Positions 58,603 to 64,000 of a stretch of DNA of 64,000 nucleotides are shown piece after piece. How positions within the stretch are numbered: the first letter of the stretch is position 1; each line of letters opens with the position of its first letter. The translations under genes and the position numbers were made by a program. The notes under the pieces are model-generated. The model did no database searches. It was not told the DNA's origin and was given only the letters and a program-made list of their open reading frames with translations. The DNA is taken from assembly GCA_040905465.1 (NCBI GenBank), contig JBBDRK010000017.1, positions 8,208-72,207 of the forward strand, given 5' to 3'. The DNA is from Trueperaceae bacterium. Its GTDB lineage: Bacteria; Deinococcota; Deinococci; Deinococcales; Trueperaceae.

Positions 58603-60018
58603 ATGCGTATCGACCTCGAGTACGGGGATGGCTACCTGCCCATAACGGTACCAGACAGCACGCCCGTAATCAGGGCAGGCGACGCCTTCGAGGAGCCGGC
58701 ACCGCTCGAAGATCCGGTGGAGGCGACCAGACAGGCGCTTGCCAATCCTATCGGCAGCAAGCGGATCGGCGAGGTGGTCGACAGCCGCTCGAAGGTCGTG
58801 ATCGGCTTCCCGGACCGGGTCAAGGGTGGCTTTCACTCAACCGCTCACCGCAAGGTCGCTATCCCGCTGATCCTCGACGAACTCGAGCGAGCCGGCGTCA
58901 AGGACGAGAACATCAAGCTGGTGTGTGGAATCGGGCTGCACCGGATGAACACTCACGAAGAGTTCGCCAGCTACCTGGGCGAGGACATCGTGAAGAGGTT
59001 CGGCTACACCGGCGTTGTCAACCACGACGCCGAGGACCCCGAGGGCATCGTCGTTCTGGGCAAAACCGATCACGGCGACTGGGTCGACTTCAATCGGCAC
59101 GCCTTCGAAGCGGACCTGACGATAATGCTGGGCCACACCATGGGCAACCCGTACGGTGGCTACAGCGGGGGCTACAAGATGCCCTGCACCGGTTTCACCA
59201 GTTGGCGCTCGATCCGCTGCCACCACACCCCGGCAACCATGTACCGCGACGATTTCGTCCCGGTGTCGACCGAGTCGCACTTTCGGCGCCAGCTTCGCGC
59301 TATCGGCAGCAAGGTGGAGTCGGAGATGAACAAGGATTTCTTCCTGGTGGACGCGGTTCTCAACGGCCGCTCGCAGCAGATGCAGGTGGTCGCGGGCTCC
59401 CCATCCGAGGTGGAGGAAGCCACCTGGCCGAAGGCCGCTACCCGTACCGACATCGAGATCGGCGGAGACAAGGCCAACGTCCTGGTCCTGGGAATACCGC
59501 GCTCGTTTCACTACGGCCCCGGAATGGGCACCAATCCGGTGCTGATGCTGCAAGGGATGGGTTCCTGGGTCGCGCGGGCGGCAGCCGTCATGGAGAAGGA
59601 CTTCGTGGTGATAGCCGCGTCAATATGCGACGGCTGGTTCAACGAGTCGTGGTTCCCGGCATACGAGTCCATCTACGACAAACTGCAGGACCTCACTGGC
59701 GCCAGCGAGCTCATCGACTTCGAGGAGGAGTTCGCCACGAACCCCGAGTGGGTGCACAAGTACCGCCGCGAATTCGCTTACCACCCGTTCCACGGCTTCT
59801 CTATGGCCTACATGGGTAGCCTTGCGACGCGCCAGGCGCTGAGCGTGTACGTGGTGGGCGCAAAGAAGCCGGGTTACGCCCGAGGCATGGGTTGTACCCC
59901 GGTGGCAACCTTCGAGGATGCGGTGGAGCGTTCCAGGCGGCTGATCTCCGGTGAGCCGCGCATGCTGGTGGTGCCCGCGGTGTCGAAGCCGGCCGTCCAC
60001 CTCAGGGCAGCAGGCTGA
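58603..60018 (+). CDS. larA: LarA-family nickel-pincer-nucleotide-dependent enzyme (divergent lactate racemase homolog)
   Basis: ALANPIGS, GLHR, NHD, GGYSGGYK, IRCHH; larC in the same operon. Confidence 0.85.
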   Translation: MRIDLEYGDGYLPITVPDSTPVIRAGDAFEEPAPLEDPVEATRQALANPIGSKRIGEVVDSRSKVVIGFPDRVKGGFHSTAHRKVAIPLILDELERAGVKDENIKLVCGIGLHRMNTHEEFASYLGEDIVKRFGYTGVVNHDAEDPEGIVVLGKTDHGDWVDFNRHAFEADLTIMLGHTMGNPYGGYSGGYKMPCTGFTSWRSIRCHHTPATMYRDDFVPVSTESHFRRQLRAIGSKVESEMNKDFFLVDAVLNGRSQQMQVVAGSPSEVEEATWPKAATRTDIEIGGDKANVLVLGIPRSFHYGPGMGTNPVLMLQGMGSWVARAAAVMEKDFVVIAASICDGWFNESWFPAYESIYDKLQDLTGASELIDFEEEFATNPEWVHKYRREFAYHPFHGFSMAYMGSLATRQALSVYVVGAKKPGYARGMGCTPVATFEDAVERSRRLISGEPRMLVVPAVSKPAVHLRAAG

Positions 60019-60025
60019 TAGGGCG

Positions 60026-60946
60026 ATGACCAGCCAACAGCGCAACACCACGGTACGGGGTCTTTCCGGCAGGGTCAACGACGCTCCGACCGTGGGTGTC
60101 GTGGGCCTCGGCCGCATGGGCTCGGCGATTGCCGAACGGCTGAGCGAGCGCTATCCGGTGCTGGGCTGGGATCTGCGCGCGGTCGCGGTCGCCGGCGTCG
60201 AGACGGTCGCGGACGCGGTGACGTTGGCCGAGCGCTGCGACGTGATCGTATCTTCGCTCCCGTCGGCGGTAGAGACCCGCCAGGTACTGCTGGACAGTGC
60301 CTTTCGCAGCGCGTTCGAACGTTCTGACGCTGTCTTCGTCGATGCCAGCACGTCCAGCCCTGACTCGATTCGTACGCTTGCCGACGAGCTCGGCGAACCG
60401 GGCGAGAGGCTGGTGGACGCGCCCATTCTCGGCCGCCCGGAAAGCTGTGGGTCGTGGACGATGCCGGTAGGCGGCACTGCCGGAGCGTTCGAACGAGTTC
60501 AACCGGTCCTCGGCCAGGTCGCCTCACGCCAGTTCCACGTGGGCGAGCTGGGCTCCGGCCACTCGATAAAGCTGCTCAACAACATGATGTTCGCCGCCAT
60601 CAACGTGATTACCGCCGAGGCCATCGGCGCTTGCGGACACATGGGCGTGAACCCCGAAGCGTTCGTGGAGATAGTCGGCGGCAGCACCGCGGCAACGGTT
60701 AGCCCGCTGTTCCGGTCGCTCGCCCCGCGCATGCTGGGCGAGGACCTCGAAACCGTGTTCACCGTCCGGCTGCTCGACAAGGACCTGCGCCTCGCCGTCG
60801 AGATGTGCCAACAGGCTGGAGTGCCGCTCATCTCGGCGCCGGCACTGCAGGAGGCCACGCGCCGGGCCCTGGAGCTGGGCCTTGCCGAGCAAGACAGCGC
60901 AGCCCTCGTATACCTCTACCGACCCGAGGCGAAGCATGAGCAGTAG
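60026..60946 (+). CDS. Beta-hydroxyacid dehydrogenase family NAD(P)-dependent oxidoreductase
   Basis: GVVGLGRMG, DAST, VDAPILG, KLLNN, KDLRLA. Confidence 0.88.
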   Translation: MTSQQRNTTVRGLSGRVNDAPTVGVVGLGRMGSAIAERLSERYPVLGWDLRAVAVAGVETVADAVTLAERCDVIVSSLPSAVETRQVLLDSAFRSAFERSDAVFVDASTSSPDSIRTLADELGEPGERLVDAPILGRPESCGSWTMPVGGTAGAFERVQPVLGQVASRQFHVGELGSGHSIKLLNNMMFAAINVITAEAIGACGHMGVNPEAFVEIVGGSTAATVSPLFRSLAPRMLGEDLETVFTVRLLDKDLRLAVEMCQQAGVPLISAPALQEATRRALELGLAEQDSAALVYLYRPEAKHEQ

Positions 60947-61727
60947 AATCGCGGTCGCTACCTCACCCGGCTGGAGCGGCTGGCTGACTCAGGCGGCCGT
61001 GCGAATCTCGCCCTTCATCGTGGTGATCATCCTGTGGCAACTGACGCACCTCAGCGGTGTGGTGTCGCAGGTACTGCTGCCTTCGCCGCTGGACGTGGTC
61101 AACTCGGCAATACGACTGATCCAACGAGGTGGGCTGTACCAGCACATCATTGCGAGCACGCTGCGTGTGCTCGTCGGTGTCGTTATCGGGGTAACGCTCG
61201 CCATCCCCGTGGGATTCGCTCTCGGCTGGTACAAGGGCGTTCGTGGCTTTCTCGACCCGCTAATCAACTTCTTTCGAGCTCTGCCGCCGATCGCGCTGGT
61301 GCCGCTGGTAGTGGTGTATGTCGGTATCGGCGAGAGCGGCCGGCTTTTCGTACTGATCTACGCCTCGTTCTTCCCGGCAGTGATCGTGATCTACGAGGGA
61401 ATCCTGGCCATCGAGTCGATCTATATCCGGGCGGCCCGGGTGCTCGGTGCCGACGGTCGCGAGCTGTTCCTGCGCGTGGTTCTGCCGCTCACGTTGCCAC
61501 ATATCCTCACCGCCTTTCGGGTCGCCCTGGGAGTCGCCTGGGCCACCCTGGTAGCAGCCGAACTGGTTGCGGCTCGGACAGGCCTGGGAGCGATGATTCA
61601 GGACGCCAGCAACTTCTTCCAGATACCGACGATCTTCCTGGGGATCATCATCATCGGCGCAGTTGCCCTGGTGATGGACTCCGCGGTTCGTGCCGCTATC
61701 GCCCGCTTCGTGACGTGGCGGGATTAG
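60936..61727 (+). CDS. NitT/TauT (SsuC/TauC-like) ABC permease
   Basis: LLPSPLDV, LPPIALVPL, AARVLGA, LVAAELVAARTGLG. Confidence 0.9.
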   Translation: MSSRIAVATSPGWSGWLTQAAVRISPFIVVIILWQLTHLSGVVSQVLLPSPLDVVNSAIRLIQRGGLYQHIIASTLRVLVGVVIGVTLAIPVGFALGWYKGVRGFLDPLINFFRALPPIALVPLVVVYVGIGESGRLFVLIYASFFPAVIVIYEGILAIESIYIRAARVLGADGRELFLRVVLPLTLPHILTAFRVALGVAWATLVAAELVAARTGLGAMIQDASNFFQIPTIFLGIIIIGAVALVMDSAVRAAIARFVTWRD

Positions 61728-61826
61728 ATGGGCAGGATTGAATGGGCGGTATCGAGTGGGCGAGATTGAAGGGCCGGGCTTGATATGGCGGGATTGAGTG
61801 GGCAGGACTGGCGTGGCGGGATCGAG
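61715..61826 (+). repeat. Eight degenerate 14-bp G-rich tandem units
   Basis: Consensus about TGGGCGGGATTGAG with period exactly 14. Confidence 0.8.
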
Positions 61827-61835
61827 GGAGAGCGA

Positions 61836-62648
61836 GTGACGGAGAACAGGATAGAGCGCAGCGGCATCAGCCTCGAGAACGTGAGCAAGAGCTTTGCCAC
61901 GCGCGAGGGGGAGCTCAAGGTACTGGAGAACTTGAGCTTCGAAGTAGAGGCGGGTGAGTCCGTCGCCGTGGTCGGTCCCAGTGGCTCGGGGAAGACCACG
62001 CTGCTGAACCTGCTGGCCGGACTCGACTTTCCGACAGGCGGGAGCATCAAGGTCGACGGCGAACCGATCACCGGCCCCAGTCCCCAGCGCGGGGTCATTT
62101 TCCAGCAGTACGCGGTGTTCCCGTACCTCACTGTTTTCGAAAACGCCGTCTTCGGCCTGCTGCTTGGCGCCAACCGAAAGCCGAAAGCCGAGCGCGACCG
62201 AATCGCGCGACGCTATCTGGAACTGATGGGCCTCAGCGGATTCGAGAACGCCTATCCCAAGACGCTCTCGGGCGGGATGAAGCAGCGTTTGGCGATAGCC
62301 CGTGCTTACGCGGTCAACCCCAAGATCCTGTTCATGGATGAGCCGTTCGCCGCGCTCGATGCCCAGACGCGCGCCCTCATGCAGGAGCTGATTCTCGAGA
62401 TCATGGCCGAGGAGCAGAAGACCGTGGTGTTCGTGACTCACTCCGTCGAGGAGGCGATCTTCATTGGAAACCGCATCGTGGTGGTATCCGCGCGCCCCGC
62501 CAAGGTCCACTCGATCATCGACATCCCCTTCGGTTTCCCGCGAGGCCCCGACGTAAAGACGAGTTCCGAGTTCATGTCGATCCGCCGGGAAGTCGAACAC
62601 CTGGTTCGCGAACAGTACGTGCTTGCTCACCCCGAGCTGGCCAAGTAA
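61836..62648 (+). CDS. NitT/TauT ABC ATP-binding protein
   Basis: GPSGSGKTT, YPKTLSGGMKQR, MDEPFAALD, VTH. Confidence 0.93.
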   Translation: MTENRIERSGISLENVSKSFATREGELKVLENLSFEVEAGESVAVVGPSGSGKTTLLNLLAGLDFPTGGSIKVDGEPITGPSPQRGVIFQQYAVFPYLTVFENAVFGLLLGANRKPKAERDRIARRYLELMGLSGFENAYPKTLSGGMKQRLAIARAYAVNPKILFMDEPFAALDAQTRALMQELILEIMAEEQKTVVFVTHSVEEAIFIGNRIVVVSARPAKVHSIIDIPFGFPRGPDVKTSSEFMSIRREVEHLVREQYVLAHPELAK

Positions 62649-62681
62649 GCAAGCACTCTTCTCTCAGGCCGGAGGTAGAAC

Positions 62682-63608
62682 ATGGCAAACGTGGTAGTTA
62701 CCGGCATCGCCGGCTGCATAGGAAGTTGGATCGCGCGGCACCTCCTCGAAGAGGGTCACCGGGTGATCGGGATAGATGTGGCCCAGGACCTGCCAAACGC
62801 CAGGTTGCTGGGGATCCAGGGTGACTTCGAACTGCACCGCATAGACGTCACCGACAGCGAGGCGTTTTCGGCAACGTTGCGAGATGCCCAGCCCGACGGG
62901 ATAATCCATCTCGCCTCGCTGTTGATGCCCAAGTGCAAGGAGAACCCGATGCTGTGCGTCGACGTGAACGTCAAGAGCTTCATGACGGTACTGGAGTCGG
63001 CGCGCGAGCTCGGCAGCAACGTAGCCTACGCCTCCAGCGCCTGGGTGCTGAACGCGCCCGAGGGCGACCGGATGGTGACCGAGGCCGACCCTACCGATCC
63101 CCAGAGCCTCTACGGCGTCTTCAAGATGGTCAACGAGGGGATGTCGCAAACCTACGCACGCGACTTCGGGGTGAAGAGCAACGGTCTCAGGCCTTATATC
63201 GTCTACGGACCGGGCCGCGAGGTAGGCCTCACCGCCGACATCAACTTGGCGTTGCTGGCGGCTTCGCGCGGCCAGCCCTACCGCATCGGATTCGGAGGCA
63301 CGGTGGCGCTGCATCACGCTTCCGACGTAGCCAAGTTGTTCATCAAGCTCGCACTTTCGCCGGTCGCCGGCGGCAAGGTCTACAACGTTCGCGGTACCGT
63401 TGAGCCGATGGCCGAGGTCGTGAACACAATCGAACGGGTCACCGGCACCAGCGGTCTTCTCGAGGCGGCCGACAACTCCTTGCCGATAGCCGCCAACCTC
63501 AGTGACGCGGCCCTGCAGAAGGACTACGGACCGTTCGACTACCTGTCGCTGGAAGAGGGCTTCGGCCAGACGCTTGGCGTTTACAGGCAGGCTGGCGTGC
63601 TTGAGTAG
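62682..63608 (+). CDS. NAD-dependent epimerase/dehydratase (extended SDR)
   Basis: TGIAGCIG, HLAS, ASS, YGVFK (YxxxK), VYGPG. Confidence 0.9.
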   Translation: MANVVVTGIAGCIGSWIARHLLEEGHRVIGIDVAQDLPNARLLGIQGDFELHRIDVTDSEAFSATLRDAQPDGIIHLASLLMPKCKENPMLCVDVNVKSFMTVLESARELGSNVAYASSAWVLNAPEGDRMVTEADPTDPQSLYGVFKMVNEGMSQTYARDFGVKSNGLRPYIVYGPGREVGLTADINLALLAASRGQPYRIGFGGTVALHHASDVAKLFIKLALSPVAGGKVYNVRGTVEPMAEVVNTIERVTGTSGLLEAADNSLPIAANLSDAALQKDYGPFDYLSLEEGFGQTLGVYRQAGVLE

Positions 63609-63670
63609 CGGCCCCGCCAATGGCCGGGACCGGTTTCGCCGGAGCGGGACGGGGCTACATGGGAGGTCCG

Positions 63671-64000
63671 ATGGCCGGGGACGAACGGCGTAAGCCTAAC
63701 CGCGTCTACCTCGATTGTTCAGCGGGGATCGCCGGAGACATGCTCCTCGGCGCTCTGCTGGACCTGGGAGCCTCGCTGGCCTACGTGCGCGCGGGGCTGG
63801 AGCGGCTCGAGCTGTCCGAGCCGTGGACGCTGGAGACGGAAGAGGTATTGCGGGCCGGTATTCGCGCTTGGCGCGCCGTGGTCACGGTCTCCGGAGAAGC
63901 GGCCGACGTTGCGTTTCAGGAGACGAACCCCGGCGACGATCGCTCGTCCGCCCATCCGTCCCACCGACACGATCACGGCGCCCATGATCACGGCGCCCAT
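63671..64000 (+). CDS. larC: LarC nickel-insertion protein, partial (runs off the window)
   Basis: Not in the ORF track; own translation: VYLDCSAGIAGDMLLGALLDLG, then His-rich HPSHRHDHGAHDHGAH (15-bp unit GATCACGGCGCCCAT twice); GGAGG RBS. Confidence 0.88.
   Translation, partial: MAGDERRKPNRVYLDCSAGIAGDMLLGALLDLGASLAYVRAGLERLELSEPWTLETEEVLRAGIRAWRAVVTVSGEAADVAFQETNPGDDRSSAHPSHRHDHGAHDHGAH

Noticed and set aside
61715-61826. CRISPR array
   Set aside because: Units are 14 bp, degenerate and directly adjacent with no spacers; no cas genes are present.

Overview
GC-rich bacterial window, probably an accessory region or secondary replicon. Signal-peptide (non-lipoprotein) binding proteins and many apparently leaderless TANNNT-N5-7-ATG starts suggest a diderm such as Deinococcota; this is inference. 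No rRNA, tRNA, CRISPR array, transposase or integrase was seen. The window holds five catabolic transport modules: (1) RraA + peptide ABC + M20 peptidase + deleted M55 D-aminopeptidase + XRE-cupin; (2) FadR + FAD oxidoreductase + sugar ABC; (3) IclR + sugar ABC + DapA-like enzyme + two enolase-superfamily enzymes; (4) a decapitated peptide ABC operon with two D-aminoacylases, RraA, a creatininase-family enzyme and a class A beta-lactamase-like hydrolase; (5) a nickel-pincer operon with a divergent LarA-family enzyme, a beta-hydroxyacid dehydrogenase, NitT/TauT ABC, an NAD epimerase and LarC. Between these modules are spacers packed with about 12 toxin-antitoxin loci or relics and many short gene fragments, several of them copies or paralogs of genes elsewhere in the window. 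Best candidate for an undescribed system: the LarA-family operon, whose enzyme has Asn at one canonical catalytic His position. It shares a LacI-type operator (TGnnAGCGCTAACA, just after a sigma70-like -10 box) with a sulfatase gene 12 kb upstream, suggesting a co-regulated pathway for a sulfated or sulfonated sugar acid. All family calls come from motif recognition by eye, not database searches.
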